IMG/VR virus record: IMGVR_UViG_3300012983_000034 | Span: 1 to 64,000 of that record | Direction: 5' to 3' (one strand) | DNA length: 64,000 nucleotides | Origin: a virus | Lineage: Duplodnaviria; Caudoviricetes | Shown here: piece after piece, positions 9,905-20,198 of the stretch | How positions within the stretch are numbered: the stretch's first letter is position 1 | Layout: every line of letters starts with the position of its first letter | The notes under the pieces: model-generated | Told to the model about the DNA's origin: nothing | The model's database searches: none | The model's input: the letters and a program-made list of their open reading frames with translations, nothing else | Program-made: the position numbers and the translations under genes

Positions 9905-10732
9905 ATGTTTGATGTAGATGATTTGAAAATATATAGAGGCTCAGATATTCGTATTACTGATAAGATAATTGTTACTCAGCCTACAATCGACCAGATTATT
10001 GAATTTGGTGAAAAAAAATATTTTTCAGCAGTTCATACTTTGATTGGCGTTGGTGCTGATTTTAAGTGGCAATTATGGGATTATTTTAGCATAGATTATA
10101 CCACAATTGATGATTTTGATTTATTTAAAATGATGATATGTGGACTTCTTTCGAGTAAGAAAAAAATATATAAAGAGCTAAAAGAAAATCCTGAAAAATA
10201 TGAAGAGCATATAAACAAAATGAAAAAAGAGGATTGGGATGAGCTATTGTTTAACCCAGTCTCTTTAATATTAAAAGATATTGACTTTGCTGATTTTGAT
10301 GAATACGAATCAGATAAAAGTCAGGAAACCATTTTATATGACAAAAAACACGATATTACTATTGACAGATTTGTATATACTAGAATTGTCGAAGCTGTTA
10401 GAAAAATACACGGGTTTACTAGGAATAATCAAATTCCTGCAAACGAAAGAACTAAAATGGATTTGATTGAAGATGCCAGAGACGATGCGATGGCTTTTGC
10501 TCAAAAACCATATAAAAGTGTATTACAACCGCTTATTTCTGCTTTGGCTGTTAAGACTGGTCAATTAGGAAATGATTCTATTTGGAATACAAAAATAAAT
10601 ATGTTTTTTGATAGTATAAAAAGAATAAATAAAATACAAGATGCAACCTTGTTATTGCAAGGTGCGTATTCTGGATTTGCTAGCCTTAAGGGAGTTGACA
10701 AAACTAGACTTGATTGGGCTGGCGAAATTTAA
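9905..10732 (+). CDS. Conserved phage protein, possible tail assembly chaperone
   Basis: 275 aa beside the tail tube gene; C-terminal LLQGAYSG motif. Confidence 0.45.
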   Translation: MFDVDDLKIYRGSDIRITDKIIVTQPTIDQIIEFGEKKYFSAVHTLIGVGADFKWQLWDYFSIDYTTIDDFDLFKMMICGLLSSKKKIYKELKENPEKYEEHINKMKKEDWDELLFNPVSLILKDIDFADFDEYESDKSQETILYDKKHDITIDRFVYTRIVEAVRKIHGFTRNNQIPANERTKMDLIEDARDDAMAFAQKPYKSVLQPLISALAVKTGQLGNDSIWNTKINMFFDSIKRINKIQDATLLLQGAYSGFASLKGVDKTRLDWAGEI

Positions 10733-10762
10733 AATAAAATTATTATAAAGGAGATATTTATT

Positions 10763-11542
10763 ATGGCTTTTGATAAGAATGAACTTATACTTGATAAAGT
10801 ACGTAGTCTGACTGCTCACGACCTGTCTACTGGCGAAATGCTTTTCAGACTTACTTCTCTCGAAGACCCCTCTCTGGCTTGCACTGCTGAGGGCGAGGAA
10901 GTTGTTGACGCTATTGGCGCTCTGATTACCACTCTGTATCGTGCAAAGAAGGCTACCTTCTCTGCAAGCAACTCCTTGATTTCTCTTGACCTTGCTGCTG
11001 CTCAGTTTGGTACAAAGAAGGAGATTGCATCTTCTACTGATAAGATTGTTGTTCCTACTTATGAGATTTTGACTGTTGCTGAAGATGCAACCACAGTTGC
11101 TCTGAAGAACGCTCCCGTAGGCACCATTCCTTATATTTATGGTCTTGAAAACGGCGAAATCGCTACTCGTTACGAACTTGGTGCTACCGCTTCTGCTACT
11201 GAGTTTGTTGTTAGCGAAGCTGGTGTCATTACTGTTCCTACTAGTTTTACTGGTAAGATTTATGTTGAATACAGCTATGAATCTGAAAAGGCTAACCGCA
11301 TTGTTAACAAGACTTCTGAATTCCCCAAAGCTTGCAGCATGAAGATTTTTGCTTACTTTAGAGACAAGTGCAATGAAAACCTTGTATATTCTGGTGTCAT
11401 TGTTTCTCCTAAAGCAAAGCTGAATCCCGAACAGGTTGAACTGGCTCTGACCTCTACTGGCAAACACGCATTTGAATTCCAGATGATGCGTGACTACTGT
11501 GATGATGAGGCAGAGTTGTTCTCCATCATCATTGCAGAATAA
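10763..11542 (+). CDS. Major tail (tube) protein
   Basis: 259 aa, beta-rich, same strong codon bias as the capsid gene, followed by a terminator. Confidence 0.75.
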   Translation: MAFDKNELILDKVRSLTAHDLSTGEMLFRLTSLEDPSLACTAEGEEVVDAIGALITTLYRAKKATFSASNSLISLDLAAAQFGTKKEIASSTDKIVVPTYEILTVAEDATTVALKNAPVGTIPYIYGLENGEIATRYELGATASATEFVVSEAGVITVPTSFTGKIYVEYSYESEKANRIVNKTSEFPKACSMKIFAYFRDKCNENLVYSGVIVSPKAKLNPEQVELALTSTGKHAFEFQMMRDYCDDEAELFSIIIAE

Positions 11543-11567
11543 TTTGGTTTAATTATTAAATATATAT

Positions 11568-11602
11568 GAGTAGGGGTTTACTCCCCTACTCTATTTTATT
11601 TT
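11568..11602 (+). terminator. Rho-independent terminator
   Basis: GAGTAGGGG-TTTACT-CCCCTACTC then T-rich tail. Confidence 0.75.
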
Positions 11603-11617
11603 AAGGAGGGAAATACT

Positions 11618-12025
11618 ATGGCAGAAAACAATAATGCTACCTGCTGTATTTGCGGTAAAGCATACCATAAGTGCCTTTCTTGCAAGGATTCAATGAAGCT
11701 TCAACCTTGGAAAGATGTAACAGATACTTCTGAGTGCTACAAAGTATTTCAAGCCGTAAAGGGTTTTTCTACTGGTGTATATACTAAGGACGAATTTAAA
11801 TCTAGGTTAAAAAATATAGATTTAAGTGATTTAGAAAATTATAGAGACCATATTAAAGTTTTAATTAAAGACGCTTTAAAAGAAGATAAGCCTATCAAAG
11901 AAGAGTCTATTGTGGAAACGGTAGCCGAAGAAATGGTAACTGTGGAAGTTCCAGTTGTTGAAAAAGCAACTGCATCTCGTAAGAGAAATTATAAAGCAAA
12001 TAGTGATGTTGTCGAAACAAAATAA
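11618..12025 (+). CDS. Hypothetical protein with N-terminal CxxC...CxxC zinc finger
   Basis: CCICGKAYHKCLSC; AGGAGG RBS. Confidence 0.7.
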   Translation: MAENNNATCCICGKAYHKCLSCKDSMKLQPWKDVTDTSECYKVFQAVKGFSTGVYTKDEFKSRLKNIDLSDLENYRDHIKVLIKDALKEDKPIKEESIVETVAEEMVTVEVPVVEKATASRKRNYKANSDVVETK

Positions 12026-12047
12026 TGTTTATTTGCTTCAATGTTTT

Positions 12048-12144
12048 ATGTGTGTGAAATTAGTTAAATCGTAAATGAAAGGATATATTGTAAAAATTTT
12101 CACACACATTTATAATACAATATATCCTTTTTTTTGCGATTTAA
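12048..12144 (+). promoter_or_regulatory. Structured intergenic element with interleaved inverted repeats (pseudoknot or terminator/antiterminator)
   Basis: Three complementary pairs ordered A-B-C-A'-C'-B'; C/C' is followed by a T run. Confidence 0.55.
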
Positions 12145-12162
12145 ATTTAATGTAAGAAATAC

Positions 12163-12411
12163 ATGAAGAAAGGTATAGATGGTGAAAAGAAAATGAAAAT
12201 GATATCTGAATTAAACGGACAAATGTATGAAGCCGAAGATTGTTGTTTTTTTAGAAATCCTATTCAATCGGCACATTATCGTCAGTGGGGTTGCGAACTT
12301 GTAGACTTATTTGTTGACGGTCAGATGAAATGGGTTTTTGTTTTTAAAAAGTCTGACCACGAGTGGGCAAAAATTAAGTGGGCTGAAAACAAGGAAAAGA
12401 ACAATGGTTAA
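12163..12411 (+). CDS. Small hypothetical protein
   Basis: ORF overlapping the next start; VFVFKK motif. Confidence 0.55.
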   Translation: MKKGIDGEKKMKMISELNGQMYEAEDCCFFRNPIQSAHYRQWGCELVDLFVDGQMKWVFVFKKSDHEWAKIKWAENKEKNNG

Positions 12412-12952
12412 AAATACTGGGAAAAATTTTGAATCGATAATTAAATCTAATGCCCCCTCTTATTTAAAAGTTGTACGCATCCCAGACCCCCCTCAATCGT
12501 TCACTCAAAGAAGTGATACCCGTTTTTCTAAAAAGAATCCTTATGACTTTGAAGTTTTTGATAGTGTTCACAGAATAAATTATTGTTGGGAATTAAAAAG
12601 TGTTGCTCAAAAATATCTTACTTATCATACTTGTAAAAAAGATGAAGATGATAAAAAAAGTGCTAATATAATGTGGCATCAGATTGAAGGTTTAACAAGG
12701 GCTGCTGAATATGATAATGTTATAGCTGGTTTCTTGTTAAATTTCAGATTGGATACTGGTGAACAACTTTTATATTTTTTGAATATAAAAGACTTTAATA
12801 GATTCAGAAGGAGCACAAATAAAAAGTCACTAAATATAATGGATGTCTCTCTTAACGGTGGTATAAAAATTAATGGTAAAAAACTTAAAGTAAATTATAG
12901 ATGGAATTTGGATGAATTTTTAGAGGTTCAGTCTAAAATATATCCATTATAA
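12404..12952 (+). CDS. RecU-like Holliday junction resolvase
   Basis: GKNFE...NPYDF...WELKS...HQIEGL PD-(D/E)xK pattern. Confidence 0.75.
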   Translation: MVKNTGKNFESIIKSNAPSYLKVVRIPDPPQSFTQRSDTRFSKKNPYDFEVFDSVHRINYCWELKSVAQKYLTYHTCKKDEDDKKSANIMWHQIEGLTRAAEYDNVIAGFLLNFRLDTGEQLLYFLNIKDFNRFRRSTNKKSLNIMDVSLNGGIKINGKKLKVNYRWNLDEFLEVQSKIYPL

Positions 12953-13001
12953 CAAATAAATATATATGCAATATTTATATTAAATTTTATGTAAGAAAGG
13001 T

Positions 13002-13604
13002 ATGAATAATATGATGAAAGAAATGAAAAATGGCGTTTTTATTTATAATGACGAATCTTATAATTTTGATTTTAGCACATCTCTTTCTGCGCCAGAAAAG
13101 CAGATGTTTGTTAAAACAGTGGTTGATAATATTGTTGATGATGATGGTTATGATATTGTAATTAGAGATTTAATTTTCGATTTTGTTATTGTCGAAATGT
13201 TTACTAATATAGATACATCTTTTATTAATATGAAGGATGATGATGGTAACGATGTCAATCCAATTATTGTTGTTGAGCACTTTTTAGAAGAAACTAGTGT
13301 TGTAGACATTGTTAAGGAGAATATGGATGATGGTTTGCTTGACGAATTAAATCGTGCAGTTGATTTAAATATTCAGTATCTTACTGGTATTCATCCAAAT
13401 CCGCTTGGCGAAGCTGTTGCAAAATTGCTTTCTACTATTGAAAAGAAGGTTAATGAAGTTGATTTGGATAGTATGATGGGTATGGCACAAAAATTTGCTG
13501 GTATGACCGATGATTTTACGCTTGAAAATATTGTAAATGCTTATATGAATAGCGATGTTCATAAGAAAAACTTAGCAGAGATTGAAGATGCTAAAAGCGA
13601 ATAA
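13002..13604 (+). CDS. Hypothetical protein (possible tail chaperone)
   Basis: Acidic helical 200-aa ORF in the tail region. Confidence 0.55.
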   Translation: MNNMMKEMKNGVFIYNDESYNFDFSTSLSAPEKQMFVKTVVDNIVDDDGYDIVIRDLIFDFVIVEMFTNIDTSFINMKDDDGNDVNPIIVVEHFLEETSVVDIVKENMDDGLLDELNRAVDLNIQYLTGIHPNPLGEAVAKLLSTIEKKVNEVDLDSMMGMAQKFAGMTDDFTLENIVNAYMNSDVHKKNLAEIEDAKSE

Positions 13605-13629
13605 AAACGCCAATTGTAGGTGATTAAAT

Positions 13630-14082
13630 ATGGTCTTCAAAAATGAAGCACAACTCAAAAGTTTCTTAATGAAAAAGTGTAATGAAGCAGTAGCTAATAC
13701 ACAAAAGAAGATTCACGAAGAATTTTCTGGAAACCTTAGTCAATTTTATGCAGAATATAGCCCAGAAGAATATATAAGAACTGGCGCTTTATTTGATTCG
13801 TTGGAAGTTGTTGGGGTTATACAAGCTGGAAACCGTGTGGAGGCAGAAGTGTATTTTATCACGCCAAGTTGGGAACACGGATGGGTTCCTTTGCAAAGTG
13901 GAAATTATGGTTATTCTTCTTGGAGTGACGAAAAAATTATGAATGTTGCTATGAGAGGAGCATTGCCACACGGGGGTTATGAAGGTGGAACCCGAATTTG
14001 GACTGATAGTATGAATGCTCTTGGCGGTCAACGAGGAATAAAAAACTTATTAAAACAAGAATTAAAAAGGCAAGGACTTTAA
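13630..14082 (+). CDS. Putative neck/tail completion protein
   Basis: FYAEYSPEEYIRTGAL and C-terminal LKQELKRQGL, reminiscent of HK97 gp10-like proteins. Confidence 0.5.
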   Translation: MVFKNEAQLKSFLMKKCNEAVANTQKKIHEEFSGNLSQFYAEYSPEEYIRTGALFDSLEVVGVIQAGNRVEAEVYFITPSWEHGWVPLQSGNYGYSSWSDEKIMNVAMRGALPHGGYEGGTRIWTDSMNALGGQRGIKNLLKQELKRQGL

Positions 14083-14104
14083 TTATTAGAAAGGAGGATG
14101 ATTT

Positions 14105-15139
14105 ATGGCTGGAAGAAAAACATTTAGAAAAGTAATTACATCCGAAGAATTAATTGCACAGATAAATCAAGAAAATATTAAATTGATGGATAGATTTTTG
14201 AAGAACTTTGCCACTAAGCGTTCTCCTAAATCTGTAACGGTTTATAAAAGTAATCTTCAAATTTTCTTTTGTTGGAATGTTGAAAACAATGACAACTTAT
14301 TTTTTGTAGATTTTAAGAAGTATATGTTATTAGATTTCTTTGACTATTGTTGTACTGAGCTTAAATGGTCAAGCGCAAGGTATTCGCAAATGCATTCGTG
14401 CCTGTCTAGTTTTAGTACATTTATAGAAGATATTTACGATGAACAATATCCAAACTTTCGAAATTTGCTTCCTAAAATTGAAAAGCTGCCAAAAGAAGCC
14501 GTTCGTAAAAAGTCTATATTTACAAAAGAAGAACTTGATGGTTTGATGGTAAAATTAGGTGAAGAAAATAGGATACAAGAACAATGCTTATTGGCTTTAA
14601 TGATGTCGTCTGGTTCCAGAGCGAGTGAACTAGAAAGGTTTACAACGGATATTATTGATGAAAATAATACTGCATTTGAAGAATTATTTTTGGAAACTAC
14701 CGAAGAAATTCAAGTAAAAGGCAGAGGCGTAAACGGAAAAAGTCTTATTCGTTATATTTTAAAAGACACTTTTCTTCCGTATTATCATAAATGGTTACCT
14801 ATTCGTGAAAAAATTATGCAAGAAAATAATCAATCTCATAATCGTATTTTTATAACGCAAAATGGTGAACCAGCATCGGTCATTACATTTAGGAATTGGG
14901 TTGAGAGATGGAACGAATATGTTGATAAGCCATTTTATATGCATAGTATCAGACATTGGTATACTACATATTTGGTTGCTACAGTGGGGCTAGAACAAGA
15001 ACTGGTACAAGAAATTATCGGATGGACAAGTTCGGATATGGTTCAAATTTATAATGATTCCACTGCCAAAGACCGAAAATGGAAAGGTTTAGAAAAATTA
15101 GCTCAAGCGTTAGAGCAAGAAAATTTTGATAACAATTAA
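14105..15139 (+). CDS. Tyrosine recombinase (Xer/integrase family)
   Basis: Catalytic set R (SGSRASEL), K (VKGRG), HxxR (HSIRH), W (IIGW), Y (VQIY). Confidence 0.9.
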   Translation: MAGRKTFRKVITSEELIAQINQENIKLMDRFLKNFATKRSPKSVTVYKSNLQIFFCWNVENNDNLFFVDFKKYMLLDFFDYCCTELKWSSARYSQMHSCLSSFSTFIEDIYDEQYPNFRNLLPKIEKLPKEAVRKKSIFTKEELDGLMVKLGEENRIQEQCLLALMMSSGSRASELERFTTDIIDENNTAFEELFLETTEEIQVKGRGVNGKSLIRYILKDTFLPYYHKWLPIREKIMQENNQSHNRIFITQNGEPASVITFRNWVERWNEYVDKPFYMHSIRHWYTTYLVATVGLEQELVQEIIGWTSSDMVQIYNDSTAKDRKWKGLEKLAQALEQENFDNN

Positions 15140-15160
15140 ATATATAAGTTTATAAATAAC

Positions 15161-15188
15161 GGGGCTTAAAAGTGCAATTTTAAGCCCC
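15161..15188. terminator. Perfect 11-6-11 palindrome: terminator and/or recombinase site
   Basis: GGGGCTTAAAA-GTGCAA-TTTTAAGCCCC followed by a pyrimidine/T tract. Confidence 0.65.
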
Positions 15189-15268
15189 TTCTTCTCTTTT
15201 ATTTTAAATTTAAATTTGAAAATTATTGCACCTTTTATGGTGCGTTTTATGATGCACCTGAAAGGAGT

Positions 15269-18200
15269 GTGTTGAAATATATGAGTGATTATAGGATTTT
15301 AGTCGGAACAGAACTTAAGACAGATGGTATTACAACTGCTCTTAATAGTTATAAGGGTAATGTTAAAGTAGGTGCAATATTAGACACAACTAATATTACC
15401 ACGGCGATAAATGGCTATAAGGCGAAGGCAATTACTGTTGATACTTTGCTTAATACAAATGGTATCACGGAGAAAATAAGAAGTTATACTCCGCCTAAAA
15501 AGATTCATCTTGAATCTGACCTTAGTACCGTTGGTATTGATGCCAAGATAAATAATTATATACCCAAAAAACCTATTAAAGTTGATGCAGAATTAACTGC
15601 GTCTAGTATTAATCAGCAGATAAGAGGCATAAAGCCAAGCGAAACTATTAAGCTTGATGCCAAATTAAATAACAATGCTATCACTGATGCGATAAGAAAA
15701 TATAAGGCTGCTGCACCAATTAAGGTAATGGTTGACCCAGACTTTAGCGAAGCTGGCGCAAAGATAAGTAATTATCAAATGCGCAATATGCTTAAAGTTA
15801 ATGTTAAGCTGAACAAGACTGCAATTGATAGCCAAATAAAAAATTTTCAAACAAGTAGCAAGATTGAAGTTGGTGCTAAATTAAGAGACAACGCTATTGA
15901 AACTGCAATAAAAAGATATGCTGGCAAAGAGCTTGTTCCTATTACAATAGACTTTAAAGTTGGCGAGACAAGGGAAATTACAAATAAGATAAATGAGTAT
16001 AAAAATAAATCAGTTTCTATTTCCGCCAAATTACAGCCAGCTCAAACTGGATTTGATAGTGCGATAACGAAAAAACCAGTAAAGGTTCAGGCTACATTAG
16101 ACCCAGATGGTATTGATAGTGTAATAGAAAAATTTCATCCAACAAGCAGAATTAAAGTTGATGTAAAATTAGAACCAAAAGATGTTAATGGGCAAATAAC
16201 AAATCTGCCAAAACCAACCGAAAAGATTAATGTCGATGTGGGATTGGATAACGACAGCATTAACAAGGCGATATCGGCGTTTAAACCCACTACTCGTCTT
16301 AATGTTGGTGTTGATTTAAAGACAGATGATATTAATAAGCAGATAGAGTCTATACATCCAACATCTATGGTTAATGTTGGAGTGAACTTGGATAATAGCG
16401 ACATTGATAAAGATACGGGAAAGAAAAGAGTTCAGACCCCTATCGAAGTTGATGTAACTTTAAACACTGAAAAAATTAACGAACAGATTAAAGCCTTTAA
16501 AACACAAAGCAAGATTGCGGTTGGTGTTAAACTTGATTTTGCTAGCCACAAGGGTGGTCAGGTTGGTATTCCGCAGCAAATAAAAGATTATAAAACCAGT
16601 GCAAAAATCAAAGTTGGCGTTCAGCTTGATAAGGATGATATTGCACAACAGATTGGACAAGTTAAGGTAGATTCGCCTATTAAACTTGGTGTCGAACTAG
16701 ACCCAGATGGTATCAACAATGTTCAAAAACAAATTGATAGTTTTAGAGAACAGATTAAAGCCATTGGAAATATCAAGATAAATCTTGGTGGAAACAATAC
16801 GGCATCTGGAACCGCTGGTAAGGGTAACGTTAAAGTTGCTGGTGTATCACGAGATTTTGTAGAGGCAGATATCAAGATTACAGATATGGCAAACCATATA
16901 AAGAGTTTGCAGTCTGCTTTAAAAAAAATTGGCTTTAATAAATCTTCGATAGACTCTATAACTAAGGAGTTTGAAGAACTTGATGTTGTAGTAAAAAGTG
17001 TTACAACCCGTTTAGACAAAGCTGGAAATCTTTCGCTTACTATAAAAGGTTTAGATGAGTATGGACGAGCTGTTACAATGATGAAGGGTGTCGATAAAAA
17101 AGGCGGTCTTACATCATTAGGCACAAGTGTTTCACAATCTTTTAAAGAGACGGAAGCTTCTTTTGCTAGGCTAAAAACTATAGCCAATCAAATGAAGGGT
17201 TTTAAGGTTCAGCTTGCAGGACTTGATTCGAAAAAAGATGCGAATAAGATTGCAGAAGTTACCTCTCAATTAAACAAGCTGCAATCCGAATATCGTGATT
17301 TATATAACATAACACGGCAAAATCTTAATACAAGTCAATTAGATGAATTAAAACAAAAGTCTATTGAAACTGGTAGAGCAGTTAAAGTTGCTAAGGCGGC
17401 AATGGCTGATAAGGTAGCCTATAATAAAGAACAAACAGAGATAAGAAAAACAAGAGATGAATATCAGAAGCTTGTCAAGATAGCTAATTCGATGAAGAGA
17501 ATTAAGGTTACATTGGCTGGTCTTAACCCAGAAAAGGACAAGCAAAGAATTGCTGAACTTACTTCTCAATTAAAAACTCTTGAAACTGAATATCGTGATT
17601 TATTTGTCTCAAATAAAGGAAAGTTTGACACAAAGCAATTAGACGCATTAAAACAAAAGTCTATTGAAACTGGTAGAGCTATAAAAGATGCAAAAGCTAA
17701 AGTTGCCGATACTGCTGCATACGACAAATTACAGGTTGAGATAAAAGAAACAAAAGATTCATATCAGAAGCTTATTAAAATAGCTAATGAAATGAAAAAA
17801 CTCAAAGTCGAGCTTGTTGGTCTTGATGCCGAGAAAGACAAACAAAGAATTGCAGATATTTATCTACAGTTGAAGAATCTTAAAACAGAGTATAAAACTT
17901 TGTTTTCTTCAACAAAACAAGGCTTTAGCACGGAACAGTTTAATGCATTAAGACAAAAGGCTCTTGAAACCGCTCAGGCTGTAAAAGAAGCTAAGTCTGT
18001 AATGTCTGACAATAGAACAAATTTGGCAAGTGCCATCAAAAATAATTTGAGCGGATATGAAGCTCAAGTAAAAGTTGTTGGTGGCAACATACAAAAACTT
18101 GTCAATACACCAGTTGAGCTTGAATCAGCTTTTAACAGAGTAAAAAAAGCGTTGATTGATATGCAAAACGCTTCTGATAATGAAGCGTTAATTGCGGCAG

Positions 18201-18961
18201 AGGAAAGATATCAAAATGCCTTAAAAGAAACGGAAGCTCAACTCAGAATAAACCAAGCGGCAGAGAATCAAGAGGGCGGCACGGGCATTGAAAACTTTGC
18301 AATAAAAAAGGAAGCTGCATTAATAAGGATAAGTAATTTGTTTGAAGATGGTTCTCAGGCTGCGAACAGATTTGGAGCAGAAGCAAGAGAGCTTTTGGCA
18401 GAGTTGAATAAGCTTGGCAGTGTTTCTGGTATTGATAAGGTTAATGCTAAGATTGCTAACCTAGAAAAAAAGATTAAGAAATCTAATCTGCAAACCAAAA
18501 CGTTTAGTACGAGATTAAAAGACCAGTTTTCTAAGTATTCACAATATATATCAATAGCTTCTGTTTTCATGTATGCTACTCAGGCTATGAGAAGTATGTT
18601 TGAGCAGGTTAAGCTAATTGACTCTGCAATGACGGAGCTTAAAAAGGTTACTGATGAAACAGATGCAACTTATAACAAATTTTTAAGTAATGCAGCCAAA
18701 AGGTCTAAGGAAATTGGAACCACTATCGATGGTCTTGTAAGTTCTACTGCTGATTTTGCAAGATTAGGATATGGATTTAAAGACGCACAAGGACTTGCTG
18801 AAGTAGCAAATATTTATGCAGTTGTTGGTGATGAAATTGAGGGTGTTGAAGGTGCAACAGAAAGTTTAATTTCTACAATGGCTGCGTTTAAAGATGAAAT
18901 GAATGGCATGAGCAATAGCGACTTTGCCATGAGTATCATTGACAAATTTAATGAATTAGGT
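15269..18961 (+). CDS. Tape measure protein, exon 1
   Basis: IDSAMTELKKVTDET...FARLGY...IIDKFNELG TMP core; N-terminal ~22-aa repeats; reading frame continues in exon 2 after the intron. Confidence 0.9.
17170..18000 (+). repeat. Three ~300-bp (100-aa) tandem repeats within the tape measure gene
   Basis: AAACAAAAGTCTATTGAAACTGGTAGAGC at ~17351 and ~17651, diverged copy at ~17951. Confidence 0.75.
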
Positions 18962-20198
18962 AAATTAATTGCCTATCAATATAGTAATATATTGTTGGAA
19001 AGTGGCTATAACGGTTAAAGGCTGGAGACAGCTCAGACCGTGGAAAGACTTAGTATTTGTAAAATATATAATAAGAGGATTAAATTGAAAAGAAAAGATT
19101 TAACGGGACAAAAGTTTGGACATTTAACTGTTGTCGAAATGTTGTATCATTATAACGGTGGTAGACATACGCATTGCAGGTGTATATGCGATTGTGGCAA
19201 TGAGCACATAATTAGTGCTGACCACTTACAAAAAAGAAAAAATGTTTCGTGTGGTTGCATGAGCAATCATTATAGAACAATAAATAATCGCACAAACGAA
19301 ATAGGCAATAAATATGGTAGATTAACAATTATTGATATTGACTATAATGCGAAACCTTCTATTGCCATTTGTGAATGTGATTGTGGTAAAATTATAAGAG
19401 CAATAAAAGCCGATGTTGTAAGTTGTCATACTCAGTCGTGTGGTTGTTTACAATCTGAAATGGCATCTCAAGCAAATGAAAAAGATTTTGCAGATGTTGT
19501 ATCTGATTCTGGAGTTATTCTAAAAAGAAGGGCACATAAAAACTCTCACGGCGTATGGTTGTGGTATTGTGACTGTCCCATTTGTGGTAATGAATTTATT
19601 GCTATGCCAGCAAGGGTAATGGAAAATCATACAACATCTTGCGGCTGTAAGCTTAACTCTTCTAAAGAAAGAATAATTGAAAATTATTTAAAAGAATTAA
19701 ATATAAAATATTGCAAACAAAAGAGATTTAAGGATTGTAAATATTCTTATACATTGCCATTTGATTTTGCCATTTATAATGATGATGAAACATTAAAATG
19801 TCTAATCGAATACGACGGACAACAACATTTTAGACCCATTGATTTCTTTGGTGGGATTGATGGTTTTGAAAAAACAAAAATAAGAGATAATATTAAAAAT
19901 CAATATTGTAAAGACAACGACATACATTTATTAAGATTAAATTATCTTAATACAGATAATGAAATAAAAGAAATAATTACAAATACTATTTATCCGTAAC
20001 GACTGTAACGGTTTATATGGTAACATATTGACCTTCGCCACTCCCCTACTCTCTTTTAGAGACAAGAGGGTGAAGATTCAGTCTGAACTGCAACTATAAT
20101 CTAATAATGAAATTGCAGAATAAGGTAGAAATGCCTTGTCGCTATATAACAAATAAATATATAGTCAGTAGGTTTGGCAAACCGAAAGTAACAGCTTG
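18962..20198 (+). ncRNA. Complete group I intron (IA-like) in the tape measure gene
   Basis: P1 TAGGT^AA/TTGCCTA with U.G at the splice site; P2 CAATATA/TATATTG; P3 AGTGGC(19001)/GCCACT(20037); P4 ACGGT/ACCGT; P5 GCTG-GAGA-CAGC; P7 GACTG(20001)/CAGTC(20079); P9 hairpins; terminal G20198. Splicing restores DKFNELG|NNFAISS in frame. Confidence 0.93.
19040..19999 (+). CDS. Intron-encoded homing endonuclease: Cys-rich Zn-binding repeats plus Vsr/DUF559-like nuclease domain (likely start ~19085)
   Basis: Three CxCxCG...SCGC-type repeats; LPFDFAIY...IEYDGQQHF...RDNIKN...LLRL. Confidence 0.85.
   Translation: MERLSICKIYNKRIKLKRKDLTGQKFGHLTVVEMLYHYNGGRHTHCRCICDCGNEHIISADHLQKRKNVSCGCMSNHYRTINNRTNEIGNKYGRLTIIDIDYNAKPSIAICECDCGKIIRAIKADVVSCHTQSCGCLQSEMASQANEKDFADVVSDSGVILKRRAHKNSHGVWLWYCDCPICGNEFIAMPARVMENHTTSCGCKLNSSKERIIENYLKELNIKYCKQKRFKDCKYSYTLPFDFAIYNDDETLKCLIEYDGQQHFRPIDFFGGIDGFEKTKIRDNIKNQYCKDNDIHLLRLNYLNTDNEIKEIITNTIYP

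Noticed and set aside
18962-19018. C-terminal 18 codons of the 1249-aa ORF, and TTG starts at 20196 and 1137
   Set aside because: These are intron sequence; the TTG 'starts' are the intron terminal G with no RBS
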